Source of the DNA: an uncultured Chromatiaceae bacterium | GTDB lineage: Bacteria > Pseudomonadota > Gammaproteobacteria > Tenderiales > Tenderiaceae | Assembly (NCBI GenBank): GCA_945787735.1 | Contig: CALZIQ010000004.1 | Span: 2,075-66,074, forward strand | Length of the DNA stretch: 64,000 nt | Reading direction: 5' to 3' | Shown: positions 44,604-53,510 of the stretch, one piece after another | Numbering within the stretch: the stretch's first letter is position 1 | Layout: every line of letters starts with the position of its first letter | Made by a program: the position numbers and the translations under genes | The notes under the pieces: model-generated | Seen by the model: only the letters and a program-made list of their open reading frames with translations | Databases searched by the model: none | Told to the model about the DNA's origin: nothing

Positions 44604-45905
44604 TTAGTTCTTACTTGAGGCAGCGATTTCACGCGCCGCGGCCAGCAGGGCCAGGCGGGCGATAACCCCATAGGCATAAAAGCGATTTGGGTTGGCGTCG
44701 GGTGATTTATTCAGGTCCGGCGTGTTGCAGGGTTCGACAAAGGCGAGTGGTTCAAAATGCATGCCGGGGGCGTTGAGGTTTTCATTAGGGCCGCGACCGG
44801 TGTGAACGCGGTAAAAGCCGCCAACGACATAGTGATCCATCATGTAGACCACTGGTTCGGCCACCGCTTGTTCACTGCCCCAGGTCTCAAATGAATAAAC
44901 CCCTTCTTGAATGATCACGCGGGTTACGGACTGGCCGCCTTTCGAGGCCGCCATCTTGGTGCGCTGTTTGCGGTTGAGCTCCATCACATCTTCCACCGAC
45001 TGCACCATCATGATGCCCATGCCATACGTGCCGGCATCGGCCTTAACGACGACAAAGGGTTTGTCGGTTAGGCCGTATTGATCGTATTTTTCCTGGATCT
45101 CTTGCAATAGCCTGCCCACATGCTTGGCCAGGCAGCCGGCGCCTTCCTGTTTCATAAAATCGATCTTGCCGCATTGTCTGAACTTGGGGTTGATCAGCCA
45201 GGGGTCGATTTCAGCCATGGCGGCGAATTCATCCACCACCGCATTATATTCACCAAAATGATCCGATTTAAGGCGCTTGGCCCAGCCCAGTTCCAGCGGA
45301 GGCAGGATGGGTTGATCGATATCCTTAAGGATTTCTGGAATGCCGGCTGAGAGATCATTGTTGAGCAGCACCATGCAAGGGTCGAAGTCTTGCAGATAAA
45401 CGCGTTCTTCATCGCGCTGGATTGATTCCAGCAACACGCTCCTGCCTGAGGGCAGGTCGATTGTCATCTTATCTTCCAGGTCAGGCAGCAGCGAACCGAT
45501 GCGCACTGCATAACCGGCGTTGGAAATCATGTCGCGCAGGGTGGCCACGTTTTCCAGATAAAACATGTTGCGGGTGTGATTCTCAGGGATCAGCAGGATG
45601 TTGCAGGCCTTGGGCATTTCACGTTCGAGGGTGGATTGGATCGCTTGGATACACAGCGGCATGAAGGCCGGGTTGAGATTGTTGAAGCCGGCGGGAAACA
45701 GGTTGGTATCCACCGGGGCAAGTTTGAAACCGGAATTGCGCAGGTCCACTGAGGCGTAGAAGGGTGCCGGGGTCTTGAGCCACTGCTGGCGGAACCAAGC
45801 CTCGATTTCAGCCTGATGGTCGAGAAAGTGGCTCTCGATTTCCATCAGCGGGCCTTTCAGCGAAGTGGTCAGGTGGGGGACCGCGTGTAGGTGTTCAATG
45901 CTCAT
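44604..45905 (-). CDS. gshA: Glutamate-cysteine ligase (short proteobacterial GshA type)
   Basis: 433-aa ORF immediately upstream of gshB, containing 'FYASVDLRNSGFKLAPVDTNLFPAGFNNL'. Confidence 0.7.
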   Translation of the reverse strand: MSIEHLHAVPHLTTSLKGPLMEIESHFLDHQAEIEAWFRQQWLKTPAPFYASVDLRNSGFKLAPVDTNLFPAGFNNLNPAFMPLCIQAIQSTLEREMPKACNILLIPENHTRNMFYLENVATLRDMISNAGYAVRIGSLLPDLEDKMTIDLPSGRSVLLESIQRDEERVYLQDFDPCMVLLNNDLSAGIPEILKDIDQPILPPLELGWAKRLKSDHFGEYNAVVDEFAAMAEIDPWLINPKFRQCGKIDFMKQEGAGCLAKHVGRLLQEIQEKYDQYGLTDKPFVVVKADAGTYGMGIMMVQSVEDVMELNRKQRTKMAASKGGQSVTRVIIQEGVYSFETWGSEQAVAEPVVYMMDHYVVGGFYRVHTGRGPNENLNAPGMHFEPLAFVEPCNTPDLNKSPDANPNRFYAYGVIARLALLAAAREIAASSKN

Positions 45906-45926
45906 GGTGTGTTTACCTTTTTGAGA

Positions 45927-46157
45927 TCAACGCATTTTAACGTAAATAGCGGGTCTGGAGAAATTCACGGATGTTTGTCCATCCTGCTGGAATTTAAGCA
46001 CTTTGATCCAGTATTGCTGGAAACGTTTATTAATTTTGCGCCCAGTTGGTACGAAAATTTTGGCCGAGACGGTTATACAGTTTGATTTAGGTTTTATCCG
46101 TAGGTGTGCGTGAATACATTCTTCAATGTCCGCCTGAGTTAGGCGTGTAAATAGCAT
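45927..46157 (-). CDS. Hypothetical small basic protein (weak call)
   Basis: 76-aa ORF packed between the rsmE stop (2-nt gap) and the gshA start (21-nt gap). I see no Shine-Dalgarno and recognise no family. Confidence 0.25.
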   Translation of the reverse strand: MLFTRLTQADIEECIHAHLRIKPKSNCITVSAKIFVPTGRKINKRFQQYWIKVLKFQQDGQTSVNFSRPAIYVKMR

Positions 46158-46159
46158 GT

Positions 46160-46891
46160 TTAATTTAGATCTCCCCACAACTGCTGAATGGTGCTGATAG
46201 CTGCAAGGCCCGCCGTTTCGGTGCGTAGGATACGCGGCCCCAGACGCATGCCGGTAAATCCATGCTTAATTACTGTATTAATTTCGGCATCAGTTAACCC
46301 ACCTTCAGGACCAATCAGCAATGCGACATTTTTTTCTGGTTTTGTCAGAGTAGCCAGAGAGTTTACCGCAGTTGGGTCAAGCGCTAGCTTGAGTGAGGCA
46401 TCGACTCGTTGTTGCCATTCTTGCAATGTCAGTACTTCATGTAATTTGGGGATCTGATTACGGCCGCACTGTTCACAGGCGCTGATGATCACGCTTTCCC
46501 AATGACGCAGGCGCTTTCCCATGCGTCCCTGATTTAGCTTCACGCCGCAGCGTTCGCTGAACAGCGGCACGATTTCGCTTACACCCAGCTCCACGGCCTT
46601 TTGAATGGTGTAGTCCATCTTTTCGCCACGCGAAATGCACTGGCCCAGAATGATCGGCAAGGGCGATTCACAATCGTTGTTGATGAAGTTGCCGACATTT
46701 GCGCTGGCGCGTTTTTTTTGCACTTCAGTCAGTTCGGCTTCATATTCACCGCCATTGCCATTAAACAGGGTTAGCATATCGCCTTGTTTCAGGCGTAATA
46801 CACGCACGGCATGATTAAAGGCATTTTCGTCAAGCTCAATCGTGTTGCCGCTATTGAGTGCGGTGGGAGTATAGATTCTTGGAATGCGCAT
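46160..46891 (-). CDS. rsmE: 16S rRNA (uracil1498-N3)-methyltransferase RsmE
   Basis: Starts 'MRIPRIY' and contains 'LLIGPEGGL'. The ATG at 46891 overlaps the bioA TGA by 1 nt. Confidence 0.85.
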   Translation of the reverse strand: MRIPRIYTPTALNSGNTIELDENAFNHAVRVLRLKQGDMLTLFNGNGGEYEAELTEVQKKRASANVGNFINNDCESPLPIILGQCISRGEKMDYTIQKAVELGVSEIVPLFSERCGVKLNQGRMGKRLRHWESVIISACEQCGRNQIPKLHEVLTLQEWQQRVDASLKLALDPTAVNSLATLTKPEKNVALLIGPEGGLTDAEINTVIKHGFTGMRLGPRILRTETAGLAAISTIQQLWGDLN

Positions 46892-48267
46892 CAATTTTCT
46901 TTCGTGGCAATCTCAATGCCTTCGCTAGCAATCGTCGCCAGTGTGTCGATTTGTTCAGGGGTGATGACATAGGGCGGCATGAAATAAATGACATTGCCGA
47001 GCGGCCGCAGCAGTGCACCTTGTTCAAGTGCGTGTTGATAGACCTTGAGGCCGCGCCGCTCTTGCCAGGGATAGGGGGTTTTGTTGGCCTTGTCCTTGAC
47101 CATTTCGATGGCCAGAATCATGCCTTGTTGGCGTACTTCAGCTACATGTGGATGATCTTGTAAATGTGCCACAGCAATGCCCATGTGTGTTGATAGTTTT
47201 TTGTTATTTTCAATGACATCATCCTGGCGGAATATATCCAGCGTTGCCAGCGCCGCGGCACAACCAAGTGGGTTGCCGGTATAGCTGTGTGAATGCAGAA
47301 AGGCGGTCATGTTTTCGTAGTCATCGTAAAAGGCCTGATAGATGCGGTCATGCGTAAGCACACAAGCCAGTGGCAGATAACCGCCGGTCAGACCTTTCGA
47401 CAGACAAATAAAGTCGGGTGTGATGTCGGCCTGCTCGCAGGCAAACAGGGTGCCTGTGCGGCCAAAACCCACGGCGATTTCATCGGCAATCAGATGTACG
47501 CCATGTTTGTCACAGGCCTTGCGCAATAGTTTTAGATAGACCGGGTGATACATGCGCATGTTGCCGGCGCATTGCACCAGCGGTTCGACAATCACGGCGC
47601 AAGTTTCATGGGCATGTTGTTCAAGTGCCGCTTCCATATGTTTGAACATGCGTGTGCTGTAATCGATTTTGGTCTCGCCTGTTTCGCGAAAATAATTGTC
47701 AGGCGAGGGCACGGTGATAACCTCCATCAACAACGGCGCATAGGTCTCTTTATAAAGTGAGACATCTCCAACCGCCAGCGCGCCCAAGGTTTCGCCGTGG
47801 TAGCTGTTGGCTAATGTAATGAACTTGGTCTTCTGATGTTGGCCCTTGTTGCGCCAGTAATGAAAGCTCATCTTCAGGGTGGCTTCAATCGCTGAAGAGC
47901 CGTTGTCGGCATAAAAACAACGGTTCAAGCCCTTAGGGGTAATTTCGACAAGACGCTCTGACAGCTCAACTACCGGTTCATGGCTGAAGCCGGCCAGAAT
48001 CACATGTTCAAGTGAATCGAGTTGTTGTTTGATACGGTCGTTGATGCGCGGATTGCAATGGCCAAATAGATTGACCCACCATGAGCTGATGGCGTCGAGG
48101 TAGCGCTTGCCGTTGAAATCCTCAAGCCACACACTTTCACCTCTTTTGATTGGAACCAGAGGCAGCCACTCATGGTCTTTCATCTGGGTGCAAGGATGCC
48201 AGAGATTGGCTAGGTCGCGCTGGATAAGGTCGGTGTTGTTATGCATAGTCTGATCATTTTTAACCAA
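46891..48267 (-). CDS. bioA: Adenosylmethionine-8-amino-7-oxononanoate aminotransferase
   Basis: 458-aa class-III aminotransferase with 'LIADEIAVGFGRTGTLFACE' and 'LSKGLTGGYLPL'. The start may be an internal ATG. Confidence 0.85.
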   Translation of the reverse strand: MVKNDQTMHNNTDLIQRDLANLWHPCTQMKDHEWLPLVPIKRGESVWLEDFNGKRYLDAISSWWVNLFGHCNPRINDRIKQQLDSLEHVILAGFSHEPVVELSERLVEITPKGLNRCFYADNGSSAIEATLKMSFHYWRNKGQHQKTKFITLANSYHGETLGALAVGDVSLYKETYAPLLMEVITVPSPDNYFRETGETKIDYSTRMFKHMEAALEQHAHETCAVIVEPLVQCAGNMRMYHPVYLKLLRKACDKHGVHLIADEIAVGFGRTGTLFACEQADITPDFICLSKGLTGGYLPLACVLTHDRIYQAFYDDYENMTAFLHSHSYTGNPLGCAAALATLDIFRQDDVIENNKKLSTHMGIAVAHLQDHPHVAEVRQQGMILAIEMVKDKANKTPYPWQERRGLKVYQHALEQGALLRPLGNVIYFMPPYVITPEQIDTLATIASEGIEIATKEN

Positions 48268-48379
48268 AATCTAAGTATATGTGAAGCAGGATAGCCCTGA
48301 AAGTGAATAACCGTCGTCTATGATTGAAGAGTGTGACGCTATTTAGAGTAGAATTGCTATAACGAGTTTTGACCAGGGG

Positions 48380-51235
48380 ATGGGTTGCATGCAGTTTTAT
48401 TTTTGGGTGCGCTGCATAACCATTTTTCTATGCGGCATTTTGCTGGTGGCCTGTGGTGGCGGTGGGGATCAAACGAACCAAGCACCAGTGGCCGCTTTCA
48501 CAGCCAGTGTGTTGAGCACTGGCGCAGGGGCGATGCGTTTTAATGGTTCGGCCTCAGTTGATTCAGATGGTGAGGTGGTCGACTATGCCTGGGATTTCGG
48601 CGATGGCCAGACTGGCCAGGGGCAGGTAATTGATCATAGCTATGCTGCTTTGGGCACCTATTCCGTCACACTCGTGGTGAGAGATAATGGCGGCGCCACC
48701 GCGGCCAGAAGTCAGAATGTGGATGTGAGTTCCTCTGAAACCTTGTCTGGCAGAATTACGGTTGCTGCTGGAATGATGGTGGATTCCGATACCAATACGT
48801 CCGTAGCCAGCTACAGCGGCAACGATACGCCTGATACAGCACAAACGATCGCCAACCCAGTGTTGCTGGGTGGCTATGCAAATCTAGCCTTAACCGGTCC
48901 ACCTGGACCTTCATTTGATGTGGGCGACGAGTCCGATTTTTTTCGCGTGGATCTGGCTGAGGGGCAGACCATCACGCTCAATATTGCCGACCACATTAAC
49001 GGTGATTTGGATCTCTATCTTTACGCAGATGATGGCAGTATCGACTTACTCAATCCGGATGATGCTTCGGTGGGTCTAGGGCAGACCGAGATTTTGAGTG
49101 TTAGTAGCGCCGGCAGTTATCTTATCGAGGTGTTTGTCTTCAGTGGATATTCAAATTACAACCTGGTCGTGGGGCAAGATATTATCCCCGCCGGGCGTGA
49201 AAGCCTGCGTCTGAGTCATGATTTCGTACCGGGCGAGCTGATCGTGCAGATGAACGAAGCGGGCCTGGCGCGCAGTGTTAAATCAGACGCCATGACAGCC
49301 TTGGGTTTATCCGCCAAGGCCGGTGAGCCAGCGCGGCCGATGTTGTTGAAGCTGGGGGATACAGCGCAGCAGAGACAAGCAGCTTTGCGTGCCCTGGGAG
49401 AAACAAACTCGCCGCGGCGACGCTATCAGGCGCAGGATCAAACACAGCAATTGAAGCTGGAAACCCTACAGGCGGTCAAACTTTTGCGCCAGCGCAAGGA
49501 TCTTCTTTATGCCGAGCCCAACTACATACTAAAAGCATTCAAGGCACCTCTGGACGCTGAATATGGCAAGCAATGGCACTATCGCACCATTAACCTACCG
49601 AGTGCTTGGGATGTCACTACCGGCAGTTCAACGGTGAAGGTAGCGATAGTGGATACCGGTGTGTTGTTGAATCATCCCGATTTAATCGGGCAATTCAGCA
49701 GCGATGGTGGCTACGATTTTATCCTTGATGACCAGAGTTCAGATGATGGTGAACCCGGCATCGATTCCAATGCAGATGATCCTGGTGATTCGAGTTTTGG
49801 TGATAGCTCTTTTCACGGCACCCATGTGGCGGGCACAGTGGCCGCCAGGACAGATTTTGTCACGGCTAGCTCTGGTGTGGCGGGTGTCGCGCCCGGTGTT
49901 AAGATTATGCCTCTTCGCGTGCTGGGAGCTTTTGGTGGCACCCAGTATGACATTAATCAGGCACTGCTCTATGCCGCTGGACTGCCCAACGATTCCGGCA
50001 CCGTTCCCGCACAGAAAGCGGATGTGATCAACATGAGCCTGGGCGGTGCTGGATTTTCTCAGAGCTCTCAAAATGTTATCAATCAGGTGCGTGCCGCAGG
50101 CAGCATTGTAGTGGCCGCCGCGGGCAATGAAGCCAGCGGTGTGCCCTCATATCCAGCCAGTTATAACGGCGTGATCTCGGTGAGTGCCGTGGATCTGAAT
50201 AACAACTTGGCACCTTACTCCAATTTTGGCAGCGGCATTGATGTGGCTGCACCGGGTGGCAACACCGGTCGCGATGATAATGGCGATGGTAATCCCGATG
50301 GGGTATTGAGCACGGCGGGCGATGATTCCGGCGTTGGCATCGTCAACAACTATAAATTATTTCAAGGTACCTCAATGGCTAGTCCGCACGTAGCTGGCGT
50401 GTTTGCCCTGATGAAATCCGTGTATGGCGATTTAACGCCAGCCCAAGTGGACAGTTTGCTGAGTGCGGGCGACCTAAGTCGTGATCTTGGCGTGAGCGGA
50501 CGTGATGATAGTTTTGGACATGGTTTGATTGATGCGGCCAAAGCAGTGGCCGCGGCGCGAATTCTGGCAGGCAGTGGTGGTGCGCTGCCGCCTCGCCTGA
50601 ATGTTGTGCCAGAAGCCTTAAACCTGGGATTCCTTGGCACCTCGGCACAGTTGGTTTTGAGCAATGGCGGCGCCGGCAATCTTACGATTAGCAGTGTTAC
50701 CTCTGACAAGGCCTGGATGACGGTGACAGAGGAAGCGGTAGATGCGGTGAGCAAGCTGGGCACATATCGTTTGACCGCTGACCGCGCCAGCCTGGCCGTA
50801 GGCACACACCAGGCCGTGCTCACAATCGTTTCCTCGATCAACGCCGTGACCGTGCCCGCCATTCTCCAGGTGACCGATGGTAGCGTGTCTGATGATGCCG
50901 GCTACCAGTTTGTCCTGTTGATCGACAGTGATACCAATGAAGTGATTGATGAACAATCCGGGGCCTTCGTCAACGGTGAGATGGTGTTTGCATTTACTAA
51001 TGTGTCATTTTCGAATGGCAGGCGCTACAACATTTTCAGTGGTAGTGACATGAATAATGATGATCTAATTTGTGATGCAGGTGAATCCTGTGGCGCCTAT
51101 TTAGCGCTGGACTCGCCGGTGGAAATTACTGAGGACAGTGATCTTATGGGGCTGAATTTTCTGACAGGCTTTGATGTGCCGCTTTCTCTCCTGTCGCGGC
51201 CGCTAGGCTCGTCCAAATCCAAGCAATCACGGTGA
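48380..51235 (+). CDS. Secreted multidomain subtilisin-like (S8) serine protease lipoprotein: PKD + PPC-like + propeptide + S8 + C-terminal domains
   Basis: Lipobox 'LLVAC', PKD-like 'YAWDFGDGQTGQG...YSVTLVVRDNGG', and catalytic triad motifs 'VAIVDTGV', 'HGTHVAGTV' and 'GTSMASPHVAG'. Confidence 0.85.
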   Translation: MGCMQFYFWVRCITIFLCGILLVACGGGGDQTNQAPVAAFTASVLSTGAGAMRFNGSASVDSDGEVVDYAWDFGDGQTGQGQVIDHSYAALGTYSVTLVVRDNGGATAARSQNVDVSSSETLSGRITVAAGMMVDSDTNTSVASYSGNDTPDTAQTIANPVLLGGYANLALTGPPGPSFDVGDESDFFRVDLAEGQTITLNIADHINGDLDLYLYADDGSIDLLNPDDASVGLGQTEILSVSSAGSYLIEVFVFSGYSNYNLVVGQDIIPAGRESLRLSHDFVPGELIVQMNEAGLARSVKSDAMTALGLSAKAGEPARPMLLKLGDTAQQRQAALRALGETNSPRRRYQAQDQTQQLKLETLQAVKLLRQRKDLLYAEPNYILKAFKAPLDAEYGKQWHYRTINLPSAWDVTTGSSTVKVAIVDTGVLLNHPDLIGQFSSDGGYDFILDDQSSDDGEPGIDSNADDPGDSSFGDSSFHGTHVAGTVAARTDFVTASSGVAGVAPGVKIMPLRVLGAFGGTQYDINQALLYAAGLPNDSGTVPAQKADVINMSLGGAGFSQSSQNVINQVRAAGSIVVAAAGNEASGVPSYPASYNGVISVSAVDLNNNLAPYSNFGSGIDVAAPGGNTGRDDNGDGNPDGVLSTAGDDSGVGIVNNYKLFQGTSMASPHVAGVFALMKSVYGDLTPAQVDSLLSAGDLSRDLGVSGRDDSFGHGLIDAAKAVAAARILAGSGGALPPRLNVVPEALNLGFLGTSAQLVLSNGGAGNLTISSVTSDKAWMTVTEEAVDAVSKLGTYRLTADRASLAVGTHQAVLTIVSSINAVTVPAILQVTDGSVSDDAGYQFVLLIDSDTNEVIDEQSGAFVNGEMVFAFTNVSFSNGRRYNIFSGSDMNNDDLICDAGESCGAYLALDSPVEITEDSDLMGLNFLTGFDVPLSLLSRPLGSSKSKQSR

Positions 51236-51239
51236 TGCG

Positions 51240-51734
51240 ATGAAAAGTTACTTGAAACAGCTGTTGATACTGTTGGGATTGGTCTTTATCGCCGCCTGCC
51301 AGCCTGGAGTTAAAGGTATGGCAAAGCCACTTACTGCAACACTTCTATATCAGGGCCAGCAATGCGGTCGTCAGGAGCCATCGGCCGCGGTTAGCAGAGT
51401 TGCCGATGAACAGGCACTGGCGGCCTTGGCAAAACGTGTCGGCAAAACATTTTCATTTGCCGATGAAGTGGATTTTGAACAGCAGTTGTTGCTATTGGTG
51501 GAAATGGGCATCAAGCCCACCACGGGTTATCGTCTGCTGTTGTCAGATCCTATCGTTGCTGTGAATCAGGCAAACGCGGTGCTGAGACTGGATTGGCGTC
51601 AGCCGCCTTCCGATGTCATGCTGGCACAGATGCTCACTAGTCCCTGTCTTCTGCTCTCTCTTCCACTGGCTGACTACACTGAGGTTGATGTGGTCGATGC
51701 TGAGGGCAAGCACAGGCTTGTACTTGATTTATAA
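51240..51734 (+). CDS. PrcB-like (PrcB_C domain) lipoprotein, putative protease partner
   Basis: 164-aa ORF 4 nt after the protease stop, with lipobox 'FIAAC'. 'GIKPTTGYRLLL...MLAQMLTSPCLLLSL' fits the PrcB C-terminal pattern as I recall it. Confidence 0.5.
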   Translation: MKSYLKQLLILLGLVFIAACQPGVKGMAKPLTATLLYQGQQCGRQEPSAAVSRVADEQALAALAKRVGKTFSFADEVDFEQQLLLLVEMGIKPTTGYRLLLSDPIVAVNQANAVLRLDWRQPPSDVMLAQMLTSPCLLLSLPLADYTEVDVVDAEGKHRLVLDL

Positions 51735-51851
51735 TTTTAATCTGTAAAATAACACGGACTTGATCTGGCAGCAGACTGTGTTAGATCGAGACTGACTGGT
51801 TTCGACAACGGGCAATAGTTTTCGCCATCCAGCGGGTACGTGTGCCCAGAC

Positions 51852-52697
51852 TTAGTCAGAGACTCCCTGATGAGATGCCAGGCGCTGCTGGATATAGTCA
51901 CGAATGACGCTCAACTGGGTTTCAGAAAAACACGACTTAAACGGGCCTCGATGCCCCCTTGGCTCCGGGCAATCATTGCCATCAGTCGCTCCAGGCAACT
52001 CATCAGAATTTATTAACACCACGCCTGCAATAGTCCCTAGAAACGATAAGTCGCTCGGGTCATTAAACGGGTCGCTTTCAAAGGCATATATCAACGCAGG
52101 TAAATATTGCGCTTGCTGCAGGTAGTCTACGTGTTGGTTTCTTAATTCCCACCAACCCTCGGAACGGTCAGCCTCTTTGCCGGAAAATGCAGGCGCAAAG
52201 CCAATCACACTATTAAATTCTACCTCGCCGCGCCGCGCCACCAGCAGAGATGCCCAGGCTCCGGCTGAATGCCCAGCCAAGAAGATTCGATTACCTGGAA
52301 CGCCATGTTCAATAAACTGCTTGACCAAGATTTCCAGAGACTTTGCCCGTTTTAACACCTTGGGTTCGCCCATACGTAACGCGCCGTTGTAACCGCCAAA
52401 ACGCCAGGGCGAACAAAAGCCATAAACAACGACCTCAAGTCCATTAATGACATCGCCGCTCAAACGCTTTATCACACTGGGAGTCGTCCAGCTATTCGGA
52501 TAACAATAGTCCTTCTTGTTCTCAGCTTGGGAGCCATGGTTATAGATGATAAGAATTTTATTTTCAGGATGAAGCAGGGAAAAAGGCGTATGGCTGTCTG
52601 TTATATTTGCAGGCACATATTGGCTATAACTAGCACACCCGCTCATGCAAACGGAAAGTAGCATTAACAGGCGCTGAAGAAAATTTTGTCGCGACAT
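51852..52697 (-). CDS. Alpha/beta-hydrolase-fold lipoprotein
   Basis: 281-aa ORF with lipobox 'CMSGC' and nucleophile elbow 'GHSAGAW'. Confidence 0.6.
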   Translation of the reverse strand: MSRQNFLQRLLMLLSVCMSGCASYSQYVPANITDSHTPFSLLHPENKILIIYNHGSQAENKKDYCYPNSWTTPSVIKRLSGDVINGLEVVVYGFCSPWRFGGYNGALRMGEPKVLKRAKSLEILVKQFIEHGVPGNRIFLAGHSAGAWASLLVARRGEVEFNSVIGFAPAFSGKEADRSEGWWELRNQHVDYLQQAQYLPALIYAFESDPFNDPSDLSFLGTIAGVVLINSDELPGATDGNDCPEPRGHRGPFKSCFSETQLSVIRDYIQQRLASHQGVSD

Positions 52698-52907
52698 GAT
52701 CAGGTAAGGCCGACAGGTAGCTCATGCAAATGATAGACACCATTCTACATCGTGGTGGAATTAACGTGCCGGTATTATGGAACATCAGTTAAGGCCGGCG
52801 AGTATTTTCGGGACAGACCACGAATACTGTGAACTATCAGGCCTGTCGACGCAACTGGAAGGGCAGGTCGGACTCGCTAATGTCTGATTGAATTTTTACA
52901 TGCCGAG

Positions 52908-52932
52908 GGCGAGACTAAGTCTCGCCTTTTTT
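52908..52932 (+). terminator. Orphan rho-independent terminator on the + strand
   Basis: GGCGAGAC taa GTCTCGCC TTTTTT. There is no + strand CDS upstream, because the neighbouring gene is on the - strand. Confidence 0.5.
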
Positions 52933-53002
52933 CTGGCTGCATATCGCTTGCTAATGAGCTAGTTTGTTAAGAAGGCCGCACAACTATTTTTGAAGAGGGT
53001 TT

Positions 53003-53419
53003 ATGTCATCGAGTTGGCAACATTTCGAGCATGAAGCGGATATCGGCGTGCGCGGCATTGCCGATAGCCTCGAAGCTGCTTTCGAACAGGCGGCATTGGC
53101 CATGACAGCGGTAATTGCCGACCTGGAAACTATCAATGCGGAAGAGCTTGTCACAGTCGAATGTCAGGCGCCGGATAAAGAGCTGTTGCTGGTGGACTGG
53201 CTCAATGCCCTGATCTATGAGATGGCCGTGCGCAAGATGTTGTTTTCGCGTTTTACGGTGAAGATAGACAATGAGGTGCTTCGAGCTAAGGCCTGGGGCG
53301 AACGAGTAGATGTAAAAAGACATCAGCCCACGGTCGAGATCAAGGGTGCAACCTATACTGAGTTAAAGGTGGCACAGCAAAGCGGGCACTGGTTGGCCCA
53401 GTGCATTATTGATGTGTAG
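53003..53419 (+). CDS. Archease (RtcB activator)
   Basis: 138-aa ORF containing '[27 protein letters not shown]', upstream of rtcB. Confidence 0.85.
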   Translation: MSSSWQHFEHEADIGVRGIADSLEAAFEQAALAMTAVIADLETINAEELVTVECQAPDKELLLVDWLNALIYEMAVRKMLFSRFTVKIDNEVLRAKAWGERVDVKRHQPTVEIKGATYTELKVAQQSGHWLAQCIIDV

Positions 53420-53480
53420 GGTGTGCATCGCGCAGCATTGATTTGTTGTATTAATGCTTTTTGGTACGCGATGCACACCC
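53419..53480 (+). repeat. Nested inverted repeat (REP-pair-like) between archease and rtcB
   Basis: The outer stem is a perfect 14 bp: GGGTGTGCATCGCG paired with CGCGATGCACACCC. The inner stem AGCATT/AATGCT (53434-53458) is followed by TTTTT. Confidence 0.7.
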
Positions 53481-53510
53481 TTCGCATCTTATTCGGTTCA
53501 GGAGATATGC

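Noticed and set aside
53454-53510. Upstream start for RtcB at 53454.
   Set aside because: It lies inside the inverted-repeat element. The ATG at 53511 has a good 'aggaga' RBS and gives a typical RtcB N-terminus.
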